Shown piece by piece: positions 1 to 12,185 of a DNA stretch of 64,000 bases; the stretch's first letter is position 1; every line of letters begins with the position of its first letter. The DNA lies in NCBI GenBank assembly GCA_965112155.1, contig OZ218098.1, one strand, 5' to 3'. The notes under the pieces were generated by a model. That model was not told the DNA's origin, did not search any database, and worked only from the letters and a program-made list of their open reading frames with translations. Made by a program: the position numbers and the translations under genes. The DNA is from Podarcis liolepis (taxonomy: Eukaryota).

Positions 1-50
1 AAGGGAGGGTGTGAGTACTGATGTACTTTCTGTAATGCAATTGTTTGGTT

Positions 51-360
51 TGGATTGGATTTTGGATTTGATATCCCGCTTTATCACTACCCTAAGGAGT
101 CTCAAAAGCGGCTCACAATCTCCTTTCCCTTCCTCCCCCACAATAAACACTCTGTAAGGTGTGTGAGGCTGAGACTTCAAAGAAGAGTGGCTGGGGAAAC
201 CCAGCCAGATGGGTGGGGTATAAATAAATCATTATTATTATTATTATAATATAAGTGTGACTAGCCCAAGGTCACCCAGCAGCTGCATGTGGAGGAGCAG
301 GGAATTGAACCCGGTTCACCAGATTACGAGTCCACCGCTCTTAACCACTACACCACACTG
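51..360 (-). mobile_element. tRNA-derived SINE (Squam3-like), interrupted by a short L2 3' tail at ~184-250
   Basis: Minus strand starts CAGTGTGGTGTAGTGGTTAAGAGCGG...GGTTCAATTCCC (Pol III A/B boxes), has a CORE-like body (GGGTGACCTTGGGCTAGTCAC) and ends GCGGGATATCAAATCCAAA. Family name from recall. Confidence 0.75.
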
Positions 361-1997
361 TGTTTATTAGCCAATGCAGGCTTTATGATCAAATTATCCT
401 TAGTATTATGTCCTGCATTTACAACAACTGACACGAGTGTCGTTGTGTGAAAGCACCCTTAGGGTAGACACGTTCCTGAGTGAAGAGCACATGTCTTTTA
501 CAAAGCATTTGTACTGTATATATGTGTGTGTGTGCATGTAGACTGCCTGATATTTGAGAAGTAGGGAAAGGGCTGGCAATGGGGGCAGGAAACTTGGAAT
601 GTAATTGCCTCATCCAATCAAACCTGGGTGTGATTCTAAGTAGTAATTTAATCACCACATGCAACAATTAAGATTGTAGTCCTATACACAATGACCTGGG
701 CAGGTTAGCCTACTAAATAAACATGCATGGCATTGCACTGTAACAACTACAAAGTTGGTCAGACTGATTTTAAGCGTCATCCTTGTGTTCTAATTTAGGT
801 TATAGAACTCTCCATGGATCTCCTTAGAATGAAATGGCTGTTTCCCCTTTAAGATCAAATGGCACAGAACTGGTTCTTGGATAAATAAGACCATTCCAGT
901 TTCCCCTCTCCTAGCTATGTATTTAAAAGTGTGTGTATGTACTCCCTGCCCGCTCCTCCTCCGCCCATCGTGCCCCAGAAGAGCTGCTGTTTATTGCCAC
1001 TGAAAACAGTGGTCATTAAACTGACCTACATGTTTTTTGAGACACTTGACTTTTGACATCAGTGGCAAATAGAGGGACAACGTCTCCTCTTCTGTTGATT
1101 TACCTACTTATCTCTCTCTGAAAGGGCTCTCGGAGCTCTTTCGAGTGTATACATTTCTGTGGGTGGGGTTAGCATTTGGTAACTTGGGTTGCAGTCTTAA
1201 AAACAACAAAATGGCCATGAGATAAGGGGTATTTGACTTAATAATTCAAGGTCCAGCTTTAGCTTTAGATAAACAGGCATGCTTGTAGGGCAAGCGAGGA
1301 TAAAAGAACAATGGTATTTTGCTTTATGAGGGCCACTGTTTTATTTATTAATTCCTGTTGCTAGTAGGAAGTAAGATTGGCAGGGGGCTGCCTTGGGCAG
1401 TGTGGGAATCTGCTGTACATTATCCAGGACAAAGTTTCAGCCACTCTTCTGGAGTTATAAGATACAGGGATACAATAATAAAGCTATGTCGTTCATAGGC
1501 TCCTGCCTATCAGAATGGTGCTATTACTCCATTAGCAAAGGGTATTTTATTTTTCTCTGTGGCCTACTAAAATCAGGATCTGTTGTCCAGATCTTTAATT
1601 AGAAGATATTCAAAAGGGAAAAGGGTTTTGCTTCAGTTATTGAGATTTATTATGAACATGTGAGTGGTTAATGAGGTTTTAGAATTGTTTTTAGCAACTG
1701 CGGGGGGGGGGGGGCTAGAATACCATTTTCTGATAAAACATCCTTCAACATGAAATTTCAGTTCTGCATGCATGTACGCGACAGGTAGGAATGCAAGGAA
1801 GATATGTGCTCTATTTTACTTTGGTTTGTACTGTTGTATGTCCATGGAGATTTATACCCATCTGAGCAAAAGCATGTACGGAGTAGCATATGGTCTGAAG
1901 AAGCACGTAGTGTGTGAGGACATGCAATAGTTTTCATTAGTGGTGTTTGATTTTTCTGGCATTAAATATATGGGCACATTGCAAAACTTAAACATAA

Positions 1998-2294
1998 AAA
2001 GGTAAAGGTAAAAGGACCCCTGACAGTTAAGTCCAGTCGCAAACAACTCTGGGGTTGCGGCGCTCATCTTGCTTTACAGCCCAAGGGATCCAGCGTTTGT
2101 TTTTCTGGGTCATGTGGCCAGCATGATTAAGCCGCTTCTGGCATAACGGAACACTGAAACCAGAGCAGCACACGAAAACGCCGTTTACCATCCCGCCGGA
2201 GCAGTACCTATTTATCTACTTGCACTTTTTGGCGTGCTTTCAAACTGCTAAGTTGGCAGGAGCCAGAACTGAGCAAGGGGAGCTCAACCCGTCG
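1998..2294 (-). mobile_element. Sauria SINE, 5'-truncated
   Basis: (AAAGGT)n tail on + strand; body matches the other Sauria copies in the window; tRNA head missing. Confidence 0.85.
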
Positions 2295-2378
2295 CATACC
2301 TCTCATTAAAATAAATAGAAACTTACAATCTCAACCATGAGTACTCAGAAGTAAGTCCCACTGAATTAAATGGGGCTT

Positions 2379-2731
2379 AAAGTAAAGGTAAAGGGACCCC
2401 TGACCATGAGGTCCAGTCGTGACTGACTCTGGGGTTGTGGCGCTCATCTTGCTTTATTGGCCAAGGGAGCCGGCGTACAGCTTCTGGGTCATGTGGCCAG
2501 CATGACTAAGCCGCTTCTGGCAAACCAGAGCAGCGCACGGAAACGCCGTTTACCTTCCCGCCGGAATGGTACCTATTTATCTACTTGCACTTCGTGCTTT
2601 TGAACTGCTAGGTTGGCAGGAGCAGGGACCGAGCAACGGGAGCTCAACCCGTCACGGGGATTCGAACCGCCGACCTTCTGATTGGGAAGTCCCAGTCTCT
2701 GTGGTTTAACCCACAGCACCACCCGCGTCCC
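2379..2731 (-). mobile_element. Sauria SINE, full length, inserted in a short palindromic repeat
   Basis: Minus strand GGGACGCGGGTGGTGCTGTGGGTTAAACC...(ACCTTT) tail; TSD AAATGGGGCTT at 2368-2378 and 2735-2745. Confidence 0.9.
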
Positions 2732-5019
2732 TCAAAATGGGGCTTACTCCCAGGTAAACAGGCGTAGTTAGGATTGCAGCCTGATTTTAGGCATTTTGCT
2801 CAAAAGCTAGTCCCACTATGTTCTATTTGAATTTACTCCAAGTAAATTATGTATGGAATTGAATGACATTACAGTCAAAAGTGCTTTATCATTGGCTAGA
2901 TCCTGCCCATACTGAACAAACTCTTTCCATAAAATTCAACGAGGGCTGTGCTCACACTCCCATTTGCTGTGCACTCATTGAATTAACAGTGCCGGGTTTA
3001 ATCCATGTTTACACAAGGTTATCCGAAATGCATATATATCCTGTACTTTGCTATGCAATTCTACTTTTTCAATGTGTTGATTCTCAAACCAGCTTCTTAC
3101 GGACCGCAGTCCTTAAGCTGTTCCTAATTTGTCTCCACCCAAAGCGTAGAACACTTTTGCATAAGGTAAAGATGCCCCTGTTTGGTCAACTTGCCCTGGT
3201 GTGTACACAAACAGAAATGAATCTGATACTAATGAAGCAGTGCTGATGTGAACAATTGTGAAATGCACCCTGAAAAAACAAAACTGTGCTCTAAAATACC
3301 CTAAGATGCCTATGTGTGAATAAAAGGCCTGGACCTTGGTTTCTGGTGGCCTTAGACCAGAGACACTTGGTAGATCCCACCCAAATTCAGGACTGAATGC
3401 CAAGGGTACGACATCATCATCGCGTCACTTTTCTTACAAGGGAAGCTCAAAGCAATTTACATTTAAACCTGTTAGAAATTACAACTAAATCCTAAAAACG
3501 CAGCAATTCAAATGAAAGACTAAAAATGCAGTTAAACAAAAAGGCAAGTCCTGCAGCACTGAAAGACGCCTTCAAATTTAGGACTCATAATTGAAACATT
3601 AGTTTTGTAGCGCAAGTTGGGGGAAATCTGGGCTAGTGAAAGGCATGATGAATTCATCCTGATTGCTTTAGCCTCTGAATGGAAAGAAATGTTAATGTGC
3701 AGATTAGGCTGTTAGATCCTTTTCTGGATCAGCAGTTGACTCAAGGAGGGGAGAGTCTGGGAGAGATGGGAAAAGGCTTGCTTGATTAAAATGTGCATGG
3801 GAGGTAAGATGGAGGAAGTTCTCAACCTCACCTTTGATGGCTTGGATGATGATTCTGAACAGCCATGGAAAGGCTGTTGAGAAAAATACTTCCATAAAAA
3901 ATCCAGAGCCGAAGTGTCTGCTGAACAAGGGTGTTTTTATGCTCATAGACTGACCTTGCAGCTTGTTGCGGAACCCAATTGTTGTAGAATTGCAACACTT
4001 TAAGATATTGCACAAGTCATAATTAAGCAGGCACGGAATACTGTGGGAGGGGGAAAGGGATAAGAAGTCCCTACACAACTTGTAATCCTTTCTATCCATG
4101 TCAACAAGGAAGGCCAGGGCTGAAACTGACAAATAGCTGTAGCCCCATGGAGCATGCCACACACTTGTTAAACAGACCACATCCTCAGGCAGGGGCTTGG
4201 CTCACACCACAGCAAGGCAACTTGCCAGGTGACCTGTGACCAATTTCAGGATACTTATTAAAGGGCAGCAAATTGTCAACCTGTACACTAATACCAATTT
4301 GAGGCTTCCTGTGCTTATGTAACTAAACCCACGGCAGCAATGCACGAGAGTAGTGGCAGAACTTGGGAGTAAGTAAACCCAAGTATGCACAAGTTAAGGG
4401 AAGAAAGATGGGGGGGGGGGGACGGACCCAGTAAACAGCCTGACAGTAACTCTGTGGCACAAAAGACAGAGAGAAGGGCATGGGGAGTGAGGAACCTGAT
4501 AATTGAGTGGAAAGGGAGAGTAGAATGGAGTGGCGGGAACAAAGTAAGAGTTATGTCTCTGTCCTTAAAAAGGGGGGAAAGAGCTATTTCATTGTATGTA
4601 CCCAGGGACAGAAGACAGCTGTATCATCAGTGGAATAATCCAAGATGTTAATGTAACTGGGAATGATCACAGCTGTCCACCCCACCTTCCAAAACCGAAA
4701 AAAGGGAGAAACCTCCAAATGGTGCCATGAGGACAACATGCTCTGTAGGTACAGAAAGCTGAGTGTTGGGCGGGGAGGACGGGACCAGGCAGAGCAGGCA
4801 TAGGGTGGAATGGAGTGGTTCGAATCCTAACAGAAGCATCCCACACTGGAACATTTCGTTGCAAGGTCATACTTGTTTTGTCTATTGTTTTTCCTACCGT
4901 GGTGGGCATTGCTTAAATTTTCTGTTTCACATGCTGATATATCTTGGGCCATCTCTGCTTAATTGGTTGGGCTGGCCGCGTCAGATGTTCTAACCTTCAA
5001 TACATACACAGCTATACAA

Positions 5020-5246
5020 CAGTGGTACCTCTGGTTGCGAACGGCATCCATTCCGGATGAAAAGAATGCAACCCGCATCTGCACACGCGCAGGTCACGAT
5101 TCGCTGCTTGTGCGCATGCGTGTGACGTCATTTTGCGCATCTGCGCATGCGCGAGCGGCGAAACCCGGAAGTAACCCTTTCCGGTACTTCCAGGTCGCAA
5201 CCTGAAAAAACGTATCATGAAGCAAACGTAACATGAGGTATGACTG
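5020..5246. mobile_element. Tigger/pogo-like (Tc1/mariner) MITE
   Basis: Ends CAGTGGTACCTC...GAGGTATGACTG followed by TA; related copies at 20164, 39941 and 48270. Confidence 0.75.
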
Positions 5247-5593
5247 TATCTGGTTCCTGTATGTGCTTACTTGGGAGCAAAGCTCACTGAACTCAGTGAG
5301 ACCTTCATTGGGCGTAAACATGCCCAGGATGGAGTATTTTGATAAAAATTCAGCACTGGTGTGTGTGGTGTGTCCTTTGTTCTCCTCCATGGTGTATTTT
5401 GGGGAGTTTCAGCTTTCCTGATTCATTTACATTGTGGGAAACAGGTACTTTTATAGTCCATAAAATACATTTTTTTCGAGGATGGAAATTAATCCTTGGG
5501 TTGAGGAGTGAAATAGCCTTCAAGAATCACAACTGTTTCTGCTGCATTCTTTAGTGAGAGTTTGATGAGACAATATATAAATAAAAGACACTG

Positions 5594-5669
5594 CGAGCCT
5601 ATCCACGTCTACTTGGAAGCACATCCAATGGAGCTTACTCCCAGGAAAGTGGTTATAGGATCGCAGCCT
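5594..5669. repeat. Short (~90 bp) palindromic MITE-like repeat
   Basis: CTGCGAGCCTA...TACTTGGAAG...CAATGGAGCTTACTCCCAGG...TAGGATCGCAGCC; same family at 2325-2782, 5868-5952, 10594-11060, 11765-11861 and 13310-13402. Confidence 0.6.
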
Positions 5670-5867
5670 GAAACACTTAAAGATTAACTGTTTAGAGTGA
5701 GTTGGCAACAGAACACTTACAGACAGTATCTCTTGCATTTCAGGCCTCTCCCCCCCTTCTGTTTACAGCTCTCTCACTTGCTTATAAATACATAAAATCT
5801 GCCATCTGAGAACCCTTCATACATCTGATGAAGACACTATCCCATGAAGGCTTCTGCACAATGACAG

Positions 5868-5952
5868 TGCAATCTCCACAAGCTTACTCAGAAGTCAATC
5901 TCCATTTTCAGTGGGGCTTACTCTCATATCAGCATGCATAGGATTGCAGCCT
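5868..5952. repeat. Short palindromic MITE-like repeat
   Basis: TGCAATC...TTACTCAGAAGT...GGGGCTTACTC...TAGGATTGCAGCC. Confidence 0.6.
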
Positions 5953-6219
5953 CAAAACTTGTGAAGGTTTTGTTGGCTACCAGTCAAGACGCCTCTACAC
6001 TTGTGAATCGGAGAGGTCTGTTGCAGGTTTCCCCAAGGGCATCCTCTGGCTGGCTGCTGTGGGACTAAAGCAGATAGACCCAAGAGAGACACAAACACAC
6101 TCTCTTCTCTGTGGTCTTCTCACCAAGTTGAAGCCGACTTTGAAACTTGCTGTCTGCTGTCTTTTTGCTGAAGGGTTTCGAAATACAAAACTATTGACCG
6201 GCTTGCTGTTCGAGAGGGG

Positions 6220-7700
6220 TGAAGCTCGTGTGTGTGTGTGCGCGCGCGCATACACACAAACCACACACCCAGGCGCGCGCTCTCTCGCTCTCTCTCCTTT
6301 CCCTGAAGTGACTTTCAAGCTCATCCACATACCACGTAGGCTGGTGGGAAGCAGGGCGGAGGGGAGACGGAAAAGCCAGTCGGAAGAAGCGAAGGAGGTG
6401 GGTTCGTGCAACGTTTCGGACTCTCCAAGTGGTGGAGAGGAGAGCCGGGGGAAGCAGGCCAAAAGAGGCGGCGGCAGGCAGAAGCAGCCTGAGAATTTCC
6501 TGTGAGGGGATCACAGGCCTCAGTCGGGGCAGGCGAGGAGGAGGAGGAGCAGGGCATGGAGCGCCCTTTGCTTTGGCGACCTCCGCCGAGGGCTGCGTGC
6601 GCCCCCGAGCTCGGCGCGCTGCCGCGGCGCTTCCTTTCCTCGCGTTTCTCCTGCCGCGCAATTGCGCTCGCGGCGCGCTAAAGGCGAGGGACCTTCCTCT
6701 CTCTTCCTCTTCCCCCGGTCCTAGCCCAGCCCTCTCCTCCTTCCCGCTGTGGCGGCTAGTCTCGGCTGGCCCTGCCCACGTTTCTCTCTCTGTCTCTCTC
6801 TCTCTCTCTCCCCGCTCCCTCCCACCCGTGGTCATGTGTTGCCTTTTTTTGTTGTTTGCAGTGGAAACAATTTGGCGTTCTTCGGCTCGCTCTGACCCAA
6901 ACCGCTACTCCAACCGGGAGTAGTGTAGACAGGCGGGCAGACAGAAAGGCAGGCAGGGAGGGGGGAGAGGTAGGTCGGGGGTGGGTGGGTAGGTAGGTAG
7001 GAGGGCGAAGCGAAGAGGGGGGGAATTGCAGCAGGGTCCCATGCTCCCCCCTCCCCACGGCTCCTGGCTCCCCTTCTCTCTCTCTCTCCCCCACTCGCTC
7101 CCTTCGGCCACATTGTTGGCTCCAGGCTGGGGGAGGAAGCGATGCCTCGCTCAGTCGGATGAAAAGTTTGCATAATGACCATGGAAAAGGCAGCAGTAAA
7201 AATCTAGAGCTCTTCCAAGCCCCAGGTAAGTTTGGGGATTTATCTATATTTTTTATTATTTTATAAATATATATATATATATATTTGTGCGTGCTTGCTG
7301 CTGCTGCTTGTTTTTTGTGTCTTGCTCTGTGTGTGGATTTTTGTTTTTTGAAAATTCATGGTTCCCTTGTTGGGAAGATTGCGTAAGATTCTCTGCAATG
7401 AAATCGGCAAGAAGAAGAAGCCGGAGTGGGTTGAGGGGGGGTGGGGAGAAGGGAGAGACACGCACGCATGAGAAGGTGGGTCAGCCCCACAAGAAGGCAG
7501 CCAGTTAGTTCGGGATGTCTGAAAAAGCAACGTGCTGGTCGTCTTAATTTCGACTCCCCCTCCACCCCGAAACTCCCGTGTGTGTTGGGTGAAGGAAAGC
7601 AGGAAGCGGATTGAGCTGAGAGTTGCAGCCACGACCCGAATATGTAATGTTACTGCTGGAGCTGCCTGATTTCCGAAGACGGTTGGCGAATAGAGTTGGC
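6220..7700 (+). promoter_or_regulatory. FOXN3: CpG-island promoter region of FOXN3
   Basis: Sharp rise in GC and CpG density (GCGCGC runs, GGCGG boxes), no recognisable TEs, a strong splice donor at 7226 and position 5 kb upstream of the first coding exon. Confidence 0.8.
7091..7225 (+). other. FOXN3: Probable non-coding first exon of FOXN3 (5' boundary approximate)
   Basis: Near-consensus donor CAG|GTAAGT at 7223-7231 inside the CpG island. The start site cannot be fixed from sequence alone. Confidence 0.6.
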
Positions 7701-7944
7701 ATTGTATGGAAAGTTAGGAAGGGAGGGGGAAAATTGTGCCCAGTCGAGGAATGCTTCAACCTTTAAAAGCATTTGTGTGCTATTTTTGCCCATTGGCTTG
7801 AGAGTGGTTTATCCCTCTGTAGTGCATTTATTACCAAACTCTTTTTTAAGGCGGGGGTGGGGAGTGTTGTTCTTTATTTATCTTGTTTTAAAATCCTCTC
7901 GTTATTCTCCAGTGGAGGAAGCCAGTCTTCATATTCTTTTAATC

Positions 7945-7947
<3 letters not shown>

Positions 7948-7980
<33 letters not shown>
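7948..7980. repeat. (AT)n microsatellite
   Basis: Seen directly. Confidence 0.95.
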
Positions 7981-7982
<2 letters not shown>

Positions 7983-8136
7983 ATTTAGTTCCTGAAGTTA
8001 GTTCGTAAGTTTGTTTTGAGGAATTTTTTTTTTGCATTTATTATGGTGTAATGGGGGGCAGTACAAGGTTTATGACATCTGAACAGCATTGAAGGTATGC
8101 TTGCTGCAAATGGCACTTTATAGGAGCAGTTTTGCA

Positions 8137-8178
8137 GTCTCCTAGCAACGCCATTGATTGATTCGAATCCCGGCCAAT
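8137..8178 (+). promoter_or_regulatory. RFX X-box plus CCAAT box
   Basis: GTCTCCTAGCAAC (8137-8149) followed by GGCCAATC (CCAAT at 8174-8178) in locally CpG-retaining DNA. Confidence 0.45.
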
Positions 8179-10650
8179 CCGCGAGCTCCTTCTCCCCTTC
8201 AAATGTTTTTGACAAGTACAGTAGGGAGTGTAGCAAAGTGCAGCGAGAAAAACTGTCCCTGGCTGGTTGTCCTTTTAGTCCCTTCAAAATGACGCCCCCG
8301 TTGTATGTTTTTAAAAGAGACACATCTGTTTGAGCCTGGCCTGTAATGTATATATCAGTCCTGAGAAGCACTAACAGTGATCTGGCTTGATTCCCGCACT
8401 CCCCGCTTCTTGTCTGATTCTGCCATGTCAGTTTTACAACCGAGAATGCGAGAGATATTGTGCCTTTCTTCTACAACAATGAAGTTTGCTTTTAGACTTG
8501 CCCCTAAGCACTGCAGCTGTGGACATATCTGATGGAGCTACTTAACTGGCAGCAGATTAAAAAATGTTTGCTTAACTGCAGCACCTCCTCTGATTCGTGT
8601 GAAGTATGAAGTGCAGGAGAGAGCTGGAGTCTGACACTGGAAAGATTGGCTGGGGTTGGGAAACATCTTTTTTTTTAATGTGTTTCTGAGTCCCCCTCCA
8701 CACACACTTAAATCCAGGGCTAGGATTTCTGTCCTCTAACGTAACTTAGAGGCTACGTGATTGTCTGTCCTCGCACGGTACTGGGAACTTTTCCATGTCC
8801 TCCGTATGGAATTGTGACGCGAGGCTCCTGGATTTCAAGGTGAAGGGGGAAAAGAAGAAGTTTTGATTCCCTCCTGGAAATGGTTGTCCTCCTTTATATT
8901 AAAAACAAAACCCTGCACGTCCTTTGCAGCGTTTGCAAAACGGCGACATGTTTCAAATGTTTACAGCGGAGTTAAAACATGTAGAACCAGCTGACTAAAG
9001 CAAGGTTGTTGCTGTTGAAATGTGTATGGCCTAATGCAGCTTCAGGTTTGTTTTGTTCAAATGTGACGTTTCCCAGTAGCATATTCATTGTTTTAACAAA
9101 CTATTATTAGTAGAAACTCCAAGGCATTTACAATGTGATCCTAAATTGAGTTCAGTTGCATTCACTCCTAGCATGCAATGCTTTGGGTTGCTGCCCCAAT
9201 ATCACATGCTTTAAAGTGGCAGATGTGATGAAGTTCCCTCCGCTGTGTCTGCTATACTAAAGATAAGTGATTTGAGGATTGCAGCTTTAACTAACTTTGG
9301 TCAGGCTCGCACGCCACCGTGCAATTAAGCTTGATGCTTGAGAGCTGCAGGATTTGGAGCCCCTGTACCCGTCTCTTAAAGATATGTCACTAGTTTTTGT
9401 GTGAAAATTGGTGGTATGATATGGCCCTTTGGGAGAACGCGGGCAAGTAAGCAAATTAAACTGAAAGAGAGCAGCATGTCGTCATAGCAACAGTGCAATT
9501 AAATTATGTTGTCAGCCATGATATAATTTTCCTATTTAAAAGCTTGCTCATGGGACATGCGTTCTGTTTGTACTGAACTCATTTGGCTACACTACTCCCA
9601 ATTGGAAGTGGTGAATGGGGAGGAGGGTATAAATGATGTTTTAGGGACCCACACAAAGTGTGGTATAATTTAGGGCTTATTTTTCTATGCATCCCTCTCC
9701 CACCCCCTCGATACTTGAGTTCTTTGATTCATTTAAAGGGAAACATTTTCTGAAATAACTTCCCATTAAATGGTAAGTACAAATGAAAAGTTTAAATATT
9801 ACTAGAGCAACAGGAATATGGAAGTGATTTCCGGGGCATAAAAATCTTTTCCACCACATTGGGAGGGGAACTGGGGTATGTAATTTCCAACTTTTTTCAT
9901 TTTTAAACTACTTTTAGAAAACCTAATAAGTTACACTTTTCTTTTCATTTGCTGAGCTTGGCTTTACAGAGTTTGATATGAAATAACCTGTCCCCCTAAG
10001 ATTTTTAATTTTCATCTACGTCATTGTCCAATTTTATCCATTCTTTATTGCATGGTAATCTTTCTCTGCCCTCCCCATCTCTAATTACTTCTTATGTAAT
10101 TATAACATTCCCTTGTTTTAAAGCATCTCTTTGACAGCATCAAAACACAAATTCTCTGAAAAGTGTAATGCAGTGTTTTTAAATTAGAGGTTCTGCTAAA
10201 CACTTGTTTGACTCTTTTTTTAAAGAGCCAAGTTTCACTTCTCAGATGCTTTTTCTTTTAAAGCAGAAAGCCTTCCTCTTAGAGTATATGTTTGCTGACC
10301 TGTATAAAAATTGTATACCGCACTTCCTGTTAAAAACTTTATGCAGTGTACGTAGCATGATGTACTTCATGAGAACAATTGCAGTTGGTGCTAGAGTAAG
10401 GCAGACTTTCAATGTGCTTCATCATACAACTTTTGCAACCATACAAAAGTTTTTGTGCTCTTAAATGAATTAAGAATAGAACAGGTACCAACTCCTTTCT
10501 TAAATAATCAAATGCTTTGCCTTAGGCCTTTGGTAGAAGTGTAGCCTGTTGTGGATCATATTGGTGCTGATGGTAGAAATATGGCCTAGAGAGCTACAGT
10601 CCTAACCCCACTTACCTGGGAGTAAGCCCCCTTGAGTTCATTAGGACTTA

Positions 10651-10920
10651 CCGTATTTTTCGCTCTATAAGACGCACCAGACCACAAGACGCACCTAGTT
10701 TTTGGAGGAGGAAAACAAGAAAGAAAATATTCTGAATCTCAGAAACCAGAACAGCAAGAGGGATCACTGCGCAGTGAAAGCAGCAATCCCTCTTGCTGTT
10801 CTGGCTTCTGGGATAGCTGAATGATTTTAGAGTGTTGTTTATGTTATACTTTTATACTGTTTTATTGTTGTTAGCCGCCCTGAGCCCGGCTTCGGCTGGG
10901 GAGGGCGGGATATAAATAAA

Positions 10921-10955
<35 letters not shown>

Positions 10956-11031
10956 GCTCCATAAGGCGCACACACATTTCCCCTTACTTTTTAGGAGGGA
11001 AAAAGTAAGTCTTATAGAGCAAAAAATACGG
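10651..11031. mobile_element. Tc2-like (Tc1/mariner) MITE containing a LINE 3' tail
   Basis: TA|CCGTATTTTTCGCTCTATAAGAC...GTCTTATAGAGCAAAAAATACGG|TA; internal insert ~10815-10953 ending GGGATATAAATAAA(TTA)n. Confidence 0.8.
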
Positions 11032-11549
11032 TACTTCTGGGTTGATATGCTTTGGATTGTAAGGTGGATGCTTAATCTTGAGCACAGAAGTCAGACTTGA
11101 TACTTATAGGTGTATTTGGAAGTTGACTTTTGGGAAAGAAAGAACTATGAAGATTGAGTATGGATGTTTTTGTGTTACATAAATTCAAGCTTCTTTCTAT
11201 ATGTGTTGCAGCTTGTTTTGTTTAATACCCTGGTTTGAGATAATTAAAATGCACTAAAGCCTTGTCTATTTTTGCTTATTATTATTCTCTGGGCTCAGTA
11301 TAGCAACTCTACTGATTGGTGTATGAGGTCATTCTTCATGCTTTCTTCTAAGTCATGCTTATCATATCCATCGCTCACTCTTGTTTCATTTAAATTTGTT
11401 TCACTGGGGTGGAATCTCCTTTTGTGTCTCCTTCTCCCCCTCCCTTTGATCCCTGGAGCTTGATTCTTAACCCATGCTGCAGAATCCTTCTGCCCTGCTG
11501 TTTTGGAGGCAAAAAGTTGGTAGCTGCAGAGAATGAACACTTGGCTGTA

Positions 11550-11551
<2 letters not shown>

Positions 11552-11594
<43 letters not shown>
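11552..11594. repeat. (GT)n microsatellite
   Basis: Seen directly. Confidence 0.95.
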
Positions 11595-11597
<3 letters not shown>

Positions 11598-11764
11598 CAT
11601 GGAGTTTTGCCTGCTTGCGCACTGAGCCAGAGAGGCTATAATTATAATGTGGCAGTGTTCGTACTGGAAGTGAAACAGCTGAACTTAATCTGAAGCAACT
11701 GGTCTTAAGCTCTCAATTTTTTGTGCTTATTACAAGCAGTAGGAGTGACATGACCAGCGATATT

Positions 11765-11861
11765 TGCAGTCCTCCAAGCCTAGGCATGCTTGCTCAGAAG
11801 TAAGTCCCACTGATTCTAATAGCGCTTACTCCTCAGGTAAGTGTAATGTAGGATTGCAGCC
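11765..11861. repeat. Short palindromic MITE-like repeat
   Basis: TGCAGTCCT...TGCTCAGAAGTAAGTCCCACTGA...CTTACTC...TAGGATTGCAGCC. Confidence 0.6.
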
Positions 11862-12185
11862 TCAAGAAGGACCCCTAGAATATATGAGTACCTTTCTCTC
11901 CACTTTAGAGCTTTGCAAGAAGGCAAAAATGAAGCATCTTCATTTGTATGCCAGCGATTGAAATCTCATTTCTGCTCTAGCTTCTGAATCTTCCTGCTTA
12001 ACAAGCCTGGATGTGTGTTTATGTTATGTGAGTCTGTCTTCTTGTTTTTTTAAAAAAGTAGGATTCATAAAAGGCCAAATTGTAGACTGGGGAAAAGCTA
12101 CCAGAATGTTGTGATGCTGTCTATACCTTTACCAGCTAACACTCTTTTTAAAAATTTGGATTTATTACCAGGAGTCTCCGTCTAA

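Noticed and set aside
3704-4390. Minus-strand ORFs (158 aa, 62 aa) with a faint LVLVYR motif like a LINE endonuclease
   Set aside because: Similarity is too weak to call. It may be an old LINE remnant; needs RepeatMasker/HMM.
5995-7182. Long overlapping ORFs (148-214 aa) on both strands
   Set aside because: Low-complexity translations of the GC-rich CpG island and microsatellites; no recognisable domain.
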